DNA from: Thermoproteota archaeon
GTDB taxonomy: Archaea; Korarchaeota; Korarchaeia; Korarchaeales; Korarchaeaceae
Direction: 5' to 3'
NCBI GenBank assembly: GCA_027491915.1
Contig: JAOZGC010000002.1
Span: forward strand, 379,344 to 443,343
Length of the DNA stretch: 64,000 nt
Shown: piece after piece, positions 1 to 8,186 of the stretch
Layout: every line of letters starts with the position of its first letter
How positions within the stretch are numbered: position 1 is the first letter of the stretch
Position numbers and translations under genes: made by a program
The notes under the pieces: generated by a model
Seen by the model: only the letters and a program-made list of their open reading frames with translations
Databases searched by the model: none
Told to the model about the DNA's origin: nothing

Positions 1-411
1 GTCTTCGAGTCCACGGCCGAGTCTCTGCCATTTCCGGACGCCTCCTTCGGGGCGGTCCTCTTCTGCGCGACCCTGTGCTTCGTGGAGTCCCCCCAAATCG
101 CCCTGGCCGAGGCGGAGAGGGTGCTCTTCCCCGGCGGCGGGGTGGTCGTTGGGGCGGTGCTCAGGGACTCTCCCTGGGGAAGGTGGTACGCCCGGAAGGC
201 CGAGGAGGGGAACCCCTTCTACCGGGAGGCCAGGTTCCTGACGAGGGAGGAGATCGAGTCCATGGCCGAGGCCGCAGGGCTCTCGCCGGAGGCGTGGCTG
301 ACCACCCTAACGCAGCCGCCTGGATCCGGGGGTTACCGTGTCCAGGACCCGATCCGGGGATACCGGCCGGACGGGGGGTTCCACTGCCTGCTGGCCAGGA
401 AACCCGGGTGA
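1..411 (+). CDS. Class I SAM-dependent methyltransferase, C-terminal part (5' end lies outside the window)
   Basis: Frame 1 is open from nt 1. The translation VFESTAESLPFPDASFGAVLFCATLCFVESPQIALAEAERVLFPGGGVVVG matches the post-motif region of Methyltransf_11-type enzymes. Stop codon at 409-411. Confidence 0.7.
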   Translation, partial: VFESTAESLPFPDASFGAVLFCATLCFVESPQIALAEAERVLFPGGGVVVGAVLRDSPWGRWYARKAEEGNPFYREARFLTREEIESMAEAAGLSPEAWLTTLTQPPGSGGYRVQDPIRGYRPDGGFHCLLARKPG

Positions 412-442
412 GTCGGGCGGGGGCCAGTCTGCCACCGGCCAG

Positions 443-979
443 TCAGCCGGTTCCACCCCCCGACCCTTCCTCCCCCCCGGATTCGCCTTCTCCCTCCCCC
501 TCGGACTGGACCTCCCTCAGGACCTCCTTCAGCGCCTCCTTTATCTCCTCGTCGTTGGCCCCCTCGTCCTTCTTCCTCCTTATCAGATCGGCTATCTTGT
601 CCCTGTGCTCTATCAGGAGGGTCAACCCGGCCCCGGCCAGGGCCGCCCCACCGTACTTGAGGACGTCGTCCAGCCCGAATCCCTCCGCCTCCCCGGTCAC
701 GCTCTTGACCAGGGCGTCGAGGAAACTGTCCTCGTCCGGCTCTCCCTCTCCCCTAAGCCACGGCGGCGGGGGATACCTCCTGGGGGGTGGGGGCGGGGGG
801 GGCGGGGGCGGCGGGGGACCCCACCTCCTCGCGGGCGGCCTCCGGGCGGCCGGCCTAGGGGGAACCGGGGGAACCCTGCCGATCCTGGGCGGCCTGGGCG
901 GCCTGGGCGGCGGGGGTGGGAGGGCCCTGCGCGCCCTCCTGGGGAATCTCCTGATCGGTCTCCTGGGCCTCCGTGGCAT
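443..979 (-). CDS. Hypothetical protein: basic Pro/Arg-rich N-terminal half (contains a P12 run) and acidic helical C-terminal half
   Basis: 178-aa ORF. The C-terminal half (DSFLDALVKSVTGEAEGFGLDDVLKYGG...IKEALKEVLREVQSE) uses the genome-typical codons (AGG, ATA, GAG, AAG). The N-terminal half is low complexity, so the start is uncertain. Confidence 0.45.
   Translation of the reverse strand: MPRRPRRPIRRFPRRARRALPPPPPRPPRPPRIGRVPPVPPRPAARRPPARRWGPPPPPPPPPPPPRRYPPPPWLRGEGEPDEDSFLDALVKSVTGEAEGFGLDDVLKYGGAALAGAGLTLLIEHRDKIADLIRRKKDEGANDEEIKEALKEVLREVQSEGEGEGESGGEEGSGGGTG
782..817. repeat. G-run cluster on the + strand (G6-T-G5-C-G8-C-G5-C-GG-C-G5), with G-quadruplex-forming potential; encodes the polyproline run on the - strand
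   Basis: Read directly: tggggggtgggggcggggggggcgggggcggcggggga. Confidence 0.6.
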
Positions 980-1089
980 GTCGGATCTGGGGATCCGGCC
1001 GCCCCGGAAAAATAAAATCTTGAGAACCGCTGGTATGGACCAATGGTCCGCGGCACCAGGTTAAAAGATCCCCTCCGAGCCGCAGCCCA

Positions 1090-1896
1090 ATGATCCGCAG
1101 GATAGGATACGTTCAGACCGAGCCCGTCTTCGGCCGCGTCCGGGATAACGTGGACCGGGCCATCGCGATGGCCTCTTCGGTGGATGCGGATCTACTGGTA
1201 TTTCCAGAGCTCTTCAACACGGGTTACCTGTTTGAGTCCAGGCGCGAGGTCGAGGATCTGGCGGAGCCGGCGGACGGGCGGACCTTCAGATCCCTCTCGG
1301 CCTTCGCCTCCGAGACCTCGACCGCGGTGGTGGCCGGATTCGCCGAGAGGGGAGAGGGGGGGAAGATATACAACTCCGCGATGATGATAGACGAGACCGG
1401 GGACCTGAGGTGGGTCTACAGGAAGACCCACCTCTTCGACAGGGAGAAGATCTGGTTCGACCCAGGGGACACCGGCTTCTCGGTGGTCGAGCTGGCAGGC
1501 ATCAGGGTCGGAGTCATGATATGCTTCGACTGGATATTCCCCGAGTCGGCCAGGGTACTGGCCCTCGGGGGCGCCCAGGTGCTGGCCCACCCGGCCAACC
1601 TGGTCCTGCCCTACGCCCAGACCGCCATGTTGACCAGGTCGGTGGAGAACCGGGTGTTCACCGTTACCGCCAACAGGGTAGGGTCGGACGAGAGGCCTTT
1701 CGGCTCCATCTCCTTCACGGGGCGGAGCCAGGTGACCTCGCCCGGGATGGAGGTGCTGGTCATGGGACCCCGGGACAGGCCTCACGCCTCGGCCGTCGAG
1801 GTAGACCCCTCGGAGGCGGACGACAAGTCGATCACCGAGAGGAACGACCTGTTCTCCGACAGGAGGGTCGAGTTCTACGGGGCCCTGGTGGGGTGA
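1090..1896 (+). CDS. Carbon-nitrogen hydrolase (nitrilase superfamily amidase)
   Basis: Glu-Lys-Cys triad context: LLVFPELFNTGY, YRKTHLF, GVMICFDWIFPE. 268 aa. Confidence 0.9.
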   Translation: MIRRIGYVQTEPVFGRVRDNVDRAIAMASSVDADLLVFPELFNTGYLFESRREVEDLAEPADGRTFRSLSAFASETSTAVVAGFAERGEGGKIYNSAMMIDETGDLRWVYRKTHLFDREKIWFDPGDTGFSVVELAGIRVGVMICFDWIFPESARVLALGGAQVLAHPANLVLPYAQTAMLTRSVENRVFTVTANRVGSDERPFGSISFTGRSQVTSPGMEVLVMGPRDRPHASAVEVDPSEADDKSITERNDLFSDRRVEFYGALVG

Positions 1897-1955
1897 TCCC
1901 CTCCGGCCGCGGGGGACCGACCTCGGGACGCCGCCGGACCAGGCGGGGCCGCCGA

Positions 1956-2303
1956 TCAGCGGGCCCGGCCCCCGCGCCGCCCGAGCTCCCTGACTATCAG
2001 GTCGGAGAGCTCCCTGGCCTCCCTCAGCAGGCGGGCCGCCTCCTCCCCCCCGAACAGGTGTGGCCTGTGATCCGCCCTCTTTCTCTCGGTGAACAGTTCC
2101 AAGAATTTTTTGGCGGCTTCTCTGGCCTGCCTCTTGCCGATCAGAGGTTCTAAGCTCCTCCTTAATGCGTTCGCTATCTTGACGTCTTTGGTCGTCCTCA
2201 GCCCCGGGAGGTGGGCCTCGGCCAGCATCCTGACGGCGAAGTATGCGGCGGACACGGCCTTGTTGTAGTTCCCGCAGGTCAGGTCGCTCTCGGCCTCAGC
2301 CAT
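1956..2303 (-). CDS. HEPN-domain protein (putative toxin of a HEPN/MNT pair)
   Basis: Translation MAEAESDLTCGNYNKAVSAAYFAVRMLAEA... with an Rx4H motif (RKRADH). The ATG at 2303 overlaps the upstream gene's stop by 8 nt (ATGGCTGA). An alternative TTG start lies at 2336. Confidence 0.7.
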   Translation of the reverse strand: MAEAESDLTCGNYNKAVSAAYFAVRMLAEAHLPGLRTTKDVKIANALRRSLEPLIGKRQAREAAKKFLELFTERKRADHRPHLFGGEEAARLLREARELSDLIVRELGRRGGRAR

Positions 2304-2637
2304 CAGGACTCTCGCCTTCTCTACCGCGTCGGTCAACCCTCCTCCCACCGGCCCGGATGAACATCTCCACCGCGTCCCTCTCCTCCTCGCCCACGACCAG
2401 CGGGTTGATCCTCTCCCCCGCCCCGGAGGCCGCCTCGGCCACCACCCCGGCGTCCCCCGGCCTAACCTCGCCCAGCACCACCAGGCAGTTGCTCTCGTAG
2501 ACCTCCTCCCCCGGGTCGGGCAGGGCCACGACCCCAACCAGCCTGTCCCCGAACCTCTCCCTGAGCTCACCCGCGAACCTGAACACGGCCTTCACCCACT
2601 CGGGGGGAGAACTGGCCTCTATAGCTATCGGCAGCAT
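2296..2637 (-). CDS. Minimal nucleotidyltransferase (MNT)-like protein, putative antitoxin partner; catalytic motif appears degenerate
   Basis: 113 aa, immediately upstream of and overlapping the HEPN gene. The region VGVVALPDPGEEVYESNCLVVL occupies the place of the usual LFGSxARG...DxD motif but lacks both GS and DxD. Confidence 0.5.
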   Translation of the reverse strand: MLPIAIEASSPPEWVKAVFRFAGELRERFGDRLVGVVALPDPGEEVYESNCLVVLGEVRPGDAGVVAEAASGAGERINPLVVGEEERDAVEMFIRAGGRRVDRRGREGESPDG

Positions 2638-2660
2638 CCTCCCGATATCCGACCCCCAGC

Positions 2661-3674
2661 TTATAACCGCCTCTCGGCGCCCGAGGCCCGCCTGCCATCC
2701 AGACCCCGCCCCGGGAGCCTCCTGATCAGGAAGTCCATCCCGCGGTAGGACACCCTCGCGACCTCCCCCCCTGCCACGAGCCTGGAGATCACCTCGCCCG
2801 GATCGAGGCCGGCGTCCTCCAGGGCCCTCTCCGCGTAGTCCACCCTCATGGGGTGGACGGACGTCGTGGCCAGCAGGCCCCCGACCGGATCCTCCCCGAG
2901 GGAGAAGTCCGACCCCTCGTACCCGGTCAGTAGGGTCACGGGGGAGTCCAACCCCTCGGTCAGGATCTGGTGGGCCATCACCAGCGTCCCCTCGTCGGGG
3001 GGCTCAACCCACCGCTCCGCCGGGGGCCTCGTGGGCACGGCCAGGTAGGCGGCGTCCAGCCGGAGGCGTCCCAGGTAAGAGGCCAGCGACCGCAGCTCCC
3101 CCTCCGAGTCGTTCAGCCCCCCGACCAGCATGGTCTCGGAGATCAGGATCCCCCCGAACTCCCGGGAGAAGTCCGCCAGGGAGTCCAGCCTCTCCCCCAG
3201 CGGCACCCTCGGGTGGGGCCTGTTCACGGCCCTCCAGGCCGGCTCCCCGACGGCGTCCACCTTGACTGACACCAGGTCCGCCTCGGCCAGGTCCGCCCTG
3301 ACGTCCTCCAGGTGGATCAGGGACGAGTTCGTGATGACCGCCACCGGCACCCCCGTCTCGGCCCTCACCAGCCGGATCTCCCTGCCCAGGTTCTCGTCCA
3401 GGGTGGGCTCCCCGTCCGGGACGAACGTGACGTAGTCCACGGCCCCCGGCCCCCCGGCTGCCTCGACCGCCCTCCGGACGTCCTCGACGATCCTCTCCAC
3501 GGGGTAGAATTCCCTCCTCTCGACCGTCAGCCTCTCGGTCCGGCCCAGCTGGCAGTAGACGCAGGAGTAGGAGCACCACTTGGGCGGTATGTTGTTGACC
3601 CCCAGGGACCTGCCCAGCCGCCTGGACGGGACGGGGCCGAAGGCCAGCATCGCCCCACCCGGGGGAGGGTCCAT
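2661..3674 (-). CDS. Radical SAM protein (NifB/MoaA-related Fe-S oxidoreductase type, function unknown)
   Basis: FGPVPSRRLGRSLGVNNIPPKWCSYSCVYCQ contains a CX3CX2C cluster motif. 337 aa. An alternative start is the ATG at 3650 (MLAFGPV). Confidence 0.85.
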   Translation of the reverse strand: MDPPPGGAMLAFGPVPSRRLGRSLGVNNIPPKWCSYSCVYCQLGRTERLTVERREFYPVERIVEDVRRAVEAAGGPGAVDYVTFVPDGEPTLDENLGREIRLVRAETGVPVAVITNSSLIHLEDVRADLAEADLVSVKVDAVGEPAWRAVNRPHPRVPLGERLDSLADFSREFGGILISETMLVGGLNDSEGELRSLASYLGRLRLDAAYLAVPTRPPAERWVEPPDEGTLVMAHQILTEGLDSPVTLLTGYEGSDFSLGEDPVGGLLATTSVHPMRVDYAERALEDAGLDPGEVISRLVAGGEVARVSYRGMDFLIRRLPGRGLDGRRASGAERRL

Positions 3675-3736
3675 TTAATCGGGTGTTAAACGTTGAACGT
3701 TCGGAGCCGGCAACGAAATAAGGTACCCCCCTCGGG

Positions 3737-4669
3737 ATGCGAGGTGGTGGGTTGGTCCGCGGTCGGCTCAGATCGGCCGCCCGGTTCCTGAGGGTCTACT
3801 CTTCCGCCCTCAGAAAGACCCTCACGGTGATCGGGATCCTCTCCGCCCTGGCGGCGGCGTCCGCGCTGGCCGCGGGCCTCGATCCTAGGGGGGCCTTCGA
3901 GATAGTCCAGGAGATAAGGGCCCCCGAGGCCGCCTCGGAGTGGGTCCTCTGGGGCGCCGCCTTCGTCCTCAAGCTCAGCCCCGTCCTGGGCTTCGTGGAG
4001 GCGGCCGGCCTGAACCGGGAGCAGAGGATGGAGATGGCGGTGAGGGCCATGGAGGGACACGTCTTGGTGATAGGTCTGGGTCACCTGGGCGCGAGGGTCG
4101 CGAGGCGCCTCCTCGGGTCCGGCGCGGAGGTCGCCGCCCTGGTGCTCCCCTCCGACAGGGGGTCCAACGAGTGCCTGGAGGACCTGGAGGCCGAGGGCCT
4201 GAGGGTGGTCTTCGGGGACGCCACCACCAGGTCGGCCCTGCTGAGGGCCGGGGTGGACGCCGCCTCGGCCGTCATCCTGACCATAGACGACGACCTGACG
4301 AACGCGGCCATAGCCGACAGGGTGAGGAAGCTGAACCCCGGGGCCAGGGTGGTGGTCAGGGTCTTCAGGGAGGAGCTGGCCGACATCCTGAGGGAGAGCG
4401 GGGCCGCCGACGTGACCCTGAGCACCAGCGACCTCTCCTCCGACGCGTTCGCCGTCGCGTCCGAGCTGGAGGTGCGCGGGGGCGTCCCCGTCCCGTCTCC
4501 CGTGGAGGTCTCGAGGGGGCTGGCCGGCAGGTCCGTCGGCGAGCTCGGCCGCTCCGGCCTCCGGGTGATAGCCGTCCTGGGGCCCGGGGGCTGGGAGCCG
4601 GTCGACGGGACCAGGGTCCTGGAGGAGGGGGAGGTGGTCCTGCTCGCCGTGACCCCGGGGGGGAGATAG
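3737..4669 (+). CDS. TrkA-N/TrkA-C (RCK) domain protein with N-terminal membrane segments (K+ transport/channel-related)
   Basis: Rossmann motif HVLVIGLGHLGARVARRL, and a C-terminal TrkA-C-like stretch LAGRSVGELGRSGLRVIAVLG...GEVVLLAV. Two hydrophobic segments at the N-terminus. No TVGYG selectivity filter was seen. Confidence 0.75.
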   Translation: MRGGGLVRGRLRSAARFLRVYSSALRKTLTVIGILSALAAASALAAGLDPRGAFEIVQEIRAPEAASEWVLWGAAFVLKLSPVLGFVEAAGLNREQRMEMAVRAMEGHVLVIGLGHLGARVARRLLGSGAEVAALVLPSDRGSNECLEDLEAEGLRVVFGDATTRSALLRAGVDAASAVILTIDDDLTNAAIADRVRKLNPGARVVVRVFREELADILRESGAADVTLSTSDLSSDAFAVASELEVRGGVPVPSPVEVSRGLAGRSVGELGRSGLRVIAVLGPGGWEPVDGTRVLEEGEVVLLAVTPGGR

Positions 4670-4703
4670 GCGGGGAGCCCGCCCGGCCCTGGGGCGCCGG
4701 GAC

Positions 4704-6509
4704 CTAGCGGCCCAGCCAGCCGGCCTCCACCAGGTCCTCCGCCACGTCCCCCCAGCGCCCCTCGGGGAGGTCGACCTCCGCCCGGGCGGAGGTCGGGGCC
4801 GGCGGCCCGCCCGCCTCCTCGGCCGAGACCGCCAGCGCCAGGTGGAGGGCGGCCCGACCGAGCCTGCGGTCCTCCACGTAGCGCAGCCCCCTGTTCATCG
4901 GCATCCTCCGCACCATCTCGGGCGCCAGCGGCGGGCAAGGTATCAGCCTGCGGTACCCCGACCCGCGGCCCCAGGTCCCGGCGGGTCCACCCAGGAGGGC
5001 CTCCACCCCCCGGGCCATCTCCCCCAGCCGGGAGGGGTCCGTCCCCGGCAGCCTGGACAGGGACTCCACGGCCGCCGCGTACGCCCCCGGGATGAGGGAC
5101 CTCCTCTCCTCCGAGTCCGCCCCCAGCAGGTCCCTGACGCCGGCCGCTGCCAGCAGCATGGCAGATTCCCTGGAGACGGCCTCCGGATCACCGGCCGACA
5201 GGGCCGAGGCCACCCCGGCCGCGGCGGCCGCCACGGCCCCGAGGGAGGGGGGGTCCAGGTTCTGGGGGAGGTCCCCGTCCGTGTGGTAGAACCTGTCCGG
5301 CCACTCCCCCACCATGGCCTGGGGCACCCCCACCTCCGGGTCCGCGAAGACCACGTGATCGCTACCGCCGGAGAAGGTCAGCAGGTTGACGGCCTCGCGC
5401 GCCATCCTCGAGCCCTCGAACCCCTCCACCGACGGGAGGGCGTCCTCCAGGGCCCTGGCCACCATCGGCGGCAGGTATCCCGGGGAGTAGAGGGGGAACC
5501 CGGTGACGTGGAGGGCGCCGCCGGTCCTGGACAGGTCCGACCCCACCATGTCTAGGTTCAGCGCCCCCGCCAGCCTGCCCGGCAGGGAGGGGTCCAGGTC
5601 CAGCGCCGCCAGCGTCCCGGTGAACTCGGGCACCCACCAGACCTTGACCCCCACCCTCATGTCGGCCGACTCGGAGATCTCCCCCAGGATCCTGGCTGCC
5701 TCCAGCGCGGCCGCCGACCCCGAGGCGTTGTCGTGGGCGCCCGGATTTGGGTGGCACGCGTGGGCCACCATCAGGAACCAAACGTCCTCCCTGCCCGGTA
5801 TCTCGGCCTCCAGGATCCCCGCCTCCCCGATCCCCAGCTCGGCCTCCACCTCCACCCGTACTACCACCCTCCTCCCCCTGGAGAGCCAGGACCTGAGGCG
5901 GGCCGCCCACTCCCCCGACACGGTCACGGCCGGCGGCGGCCGCTCCCCGGCGGCCGGCCAGAGCCCCTCGTAGGGGAACCAGCTCTGGTCCCCCCAGGTC
6001 CTGTACTTCACCAGAGCCGAGACCCCGGCCTCCGCGGCCACCCTGCCAGCCCACCAGGTCCTCCCGGAGATTAGGGCGGCCTTCCCCGAGGCTCCCCCGT
6101 AGTCGCCTGGCCTGACCCCCTCCCCCGCGTCCACCAGCTCGGCCTCCAGGGGTCCCCCGGTGGGGGGAGAGTGGGCCACCACCAGGGTGGGTCTCTCCCG
6201 GAAGTCCCCGACCTCCCTCCTCTCGGGCTCCAGCACCTCCAGCCTTCCCCCCCAAACCCTCCACCCCATCGGGGCCCTGTATCCCCCCCTGATCAAGGTG
6301 GACCCGTCGGCCGGGATGCGGAGGATCCTGGCGGACAGGCCCTCGTCCTCCAGCTCCCCCCGGAGGAACTCCAGGGCATCCATCAGGCCCGGAGATCCCT
6401 GTATCCTGTGGAACTCGGAGAGGCGCCAGGCGATCCCCGCGGCCCTCCTCCCGGAGGCCAGCTTCAGGGCCCTCCCGACGAACCCGTCCAGCTCTCCCAG
6501 GGCGACCAC
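4704..6509 (-). CDS. M28-family aminopeptidase-like protein (DUF4910-type)
   Basis: HACHPNPGAHDNASGSAAALEAARIL, NLDMVGS and GGSDHVVF match M28 metal-site contexts. GTG start 24 nt downstream of the larE stop. Confidence 0.65.
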   Translation of the reverse strand: MVALGELDGFVGRALKLASGRRAAGIAWRLSEFHRIQGSPGLMDALEFLRGELEDEGLSARILRIPADGSTLIRGGYRAPMGWRVWGGRLEVLEPERREVGDFRERPTLVVAHSPPTGGPLEAELVDAGEGVRPGDYGGASGKAALISGRTWWAGRVAAEAGVSALVKYRTWGDQSWFPYEGLWPAAGERPPPAVTVSGEWAARLRSWLSRGRRVVVRVEVEAELGIGEAGILEAEIPGREDVWFLMVAHACHPNPGAHDNASGSAAALEAARILGEISESADMRVGVKVWWVPEFTGTLAALDLDPSLPGRLAGALNLDMVGSDLSRTGGALHVTGFPLYSPGYLPPMVARALEDALPSVEGFEGSRMAREAVNLLTFSGGSDHVVFADPEVGVPQAMVGEWPDRFYHTDGDLPQNLDPPSLGAVAAAAAGVASALSAGDPEAVSRESAMLLAAAGVRDLLGADSEERRSLIPGAYAAAVESLSRLPGTDPSRLGEMARGVEALLGGPAGTWGRGSGYRRLIPCPPLAPEMVRRMPMNRGLRYVEDRRLGRAALHLALAVSAEEAGGPPAPTSARAEVDLPEGRWGDVAEDLVEAGWLGR

Positions 6510-6533
6510 CCGAACCGGATCCCCGCGCCGGGC

Positions 6534-7322
6534 TCAGACCTTAAAATATCGGCCCGGGAGGGGGCCGACCTCGAACTCGCGGAAGCCCAGCTCCCTCAGG
6601 GGCCGCATCGGCCCCCACCGCCCGACGTCCCCCGGGACGACGCCCATCTCCCCCGGCGGGACCTCCACCCTGATACTCGTCTCCGACAGGACCCTCACCC
6701 TCACCGCCGACGCGCCCCCGCCCAGGATGGCCTCCTCGGCGAGGTCCAGTCCCCTGAGCAGCCTGGGGGTCGCCCCGAATCCCGGGGGGAGCCTGGTCAG
6801 CAGGCAGCTCTCCGGCGGGGGGACCGCCAGGCCGGCGGCGCGCGACGCCCTCCTGACCTCCTCCCCCGAGAGACCCGCCTCGGCCAGGGGGCTCGCCACC
6901 CCGAGCTCCCCCAGGGCCGCGATCCCGGGCCTGTCCTCCCGGAGGTCAGAGAGGTTGGTCCCGTCCGCCACCTCGGCCCCGGTCCAGGATGCCAGCCTCC
7001 TCAGGGCCCTCATCATCCTGAGCTTGCATCGGTAGCACCTGTCCCTCAGGTTCCACCGGATGGACGGGACCGAGAGGGCGCCCGGGTCCCTCAGGATCAG
7101 GTGCCTGACGCCCAGCCTCCTGGCCACCGAGGAGGCCCTCCTGACCTCCCTCTCCGGGGTGTAGGGCGCCGCCACGGTGACGGCCAGCAGCCCCTCCCCC
7201 AGGACCCTGGAGGCGACGGCCGCCAGCAGGGAGCTGTCCGCCCCTCCGGACAGGGCGAGCACGACCCTCCCCATCGCCGAGAGGCGCCCCTCCAGGGCGG
7301 CCAGCCTGGCGCCTACTCCCAC
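6534..7322 (-). CDS. larE: LarE, ATP-dependent sacrificial sulfur transferase (PP-loop) for nickel-pincer nucleotide cofactor
   Basis: PP-loop LALSGGADSS, the DGTNLSDLREDRPG region, and a candidate sacrificial Cys context PPESCLLTRLP. GTG start. Confidence 0.85.
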   Translation of the reverse strand: MGVGARLAALEGRLSAMGRVVLALSGGADSSLLAAVASRVLGEGLLAVTVAAPYTPEREVRRASSVARRLGVRHLILRDPGALSVPSIRWNLRDRCYRCKLRMMRALRRLASWTGAEVADGTNLSDLREDRPGIAALGELGVASPLAEAGLSGEEVRRASRAAGLAVPPPESCLLTRLPPGFGATPRLLRGLDLAEEAILGGGASAVRVRVLSETSIRVEVPPGEMGVVPGDVGRWGPMRPLRELGFREFEVGPLPGRYFKV

Positions 7323-7348
7323 CGCCGTCGCCGATCCCCGGGCGGCGC

Positions 7349-7356
7349 CGGCCCAC
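7349..7356. promoter_or_regulatory. Single TATA-like box (TTAAAAAT) centred in the 64-bp larE/larB divergent intergenic region
   Basis: The only A/T-rich element in 7323-7386. It lies 31-38 nt from the larB ATG (7387) and 27-34 nt from the larE GTG (7322). Confidence 0.5.
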
Positions 7357-7386
7357 CGTTAAAAATCACCCCCGCGCGGCCGCCGT

Positions 7387-8175
7387 ATGGCCTCGGGTCT
7401 GAGGTCCGTGCTCGAGAGGCTGGCCAGGGGGGAGCTGACCCCGAGAGACGCCGAGAGGGCCGTCAGGGCGTGGGCCGTGGAGTCCCTGGGGGAGAAAATC
7501 AAGTTGGACCTCGGGAGGGAGATCAGGAGGGGCCTGCCAGAGGTCGTGATGGCCGAGGGGAAGGACCCCGGCGACCTCCTCCGGGCGGTCGAGGCGGCCG
7601 TCGAGAGGTCCGGGATGGTCCTGGTGTCCAGGGTGGGGCCGGAGCACAGGGAGATCCTGGAGGGGCTCGGGTCCAGGTGGGAGGTGGCCTCGGCCGGCGG
7701 GGTCTTCGTGGTCAAGAGGGCCGGCTTCCGGCGGGAGGCCCTCGGGGGGAGGGTGGGGATCCTGGCCGCCGGCACGGCGGACGTTCCCCTGGCGGAGGAG
7801 GTCCGGCTCATACTGGAGGAGGTGGGGTGCGAGACCGTGACCTCCTACGACGTCGGCGTGGCCTGCCCCTGGCGGACCCTGGAGGCGGTCAAACTCCTCT
7901 TGGACGCCGACGTCGACGTGATAGTCGCGGTCGCCGGCATGGAGGGGATGCTCCCATCCTTCGTGGCCTCCCTGGTGGACGTCCTGGTGATAGGGCTCCC
8001 CAGCCCGGTCGGCTACGGGGTCGGCGGTCGGGGCGAGGCGGCCCTGCTCTCCATGCTCCAGACCTGCAACCCCGGGCTGGTGGTGGTCAACGTGGGCAAC
8101 AGCGTGGGGGCGGCTTACGCCGCCGCCGCGGTGGCGGCCAGGGCCGCCGGGGGGCGGGGGAGGGGGGGAGGTTGA
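7387..8175 (+). CDS. larB: LarB, pyridinium-3,5-biscarboxylic acid mononucleotide synthase (PurE-like)
   Basis: GLPEVVMAEGK, VGILAAGTADVPLAEE and AVAGMEGMLPSFVASL are typical of the AIR-carboxylase-related LarB family. Confidence 0.85.
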   Translation: MASGLRSVLERLARGELTPRDAERAVRAWAVESLGEKIKLDLGREIRRGLPEVVMAEGKDPGDLLRAVEAAVERSGMVLVSRVGPEHREILEGLGSRWEVASAGGVFVVKRAGFRREALGGRVGILAAGTADVPLAEEVRLILEEVGCETVTSYDVGVACPWRTLEAVKLLLDADVDVIVAVAGMEGMLPSFVASLVDVLVIGLPSPVGYGVGGRGEAALLSMLQTCNPGLVVVNVGNSVGAAYAAAAVAARAAGGRGRGGG

Positions 8176-8186
8176 GCGCGGGCAGG

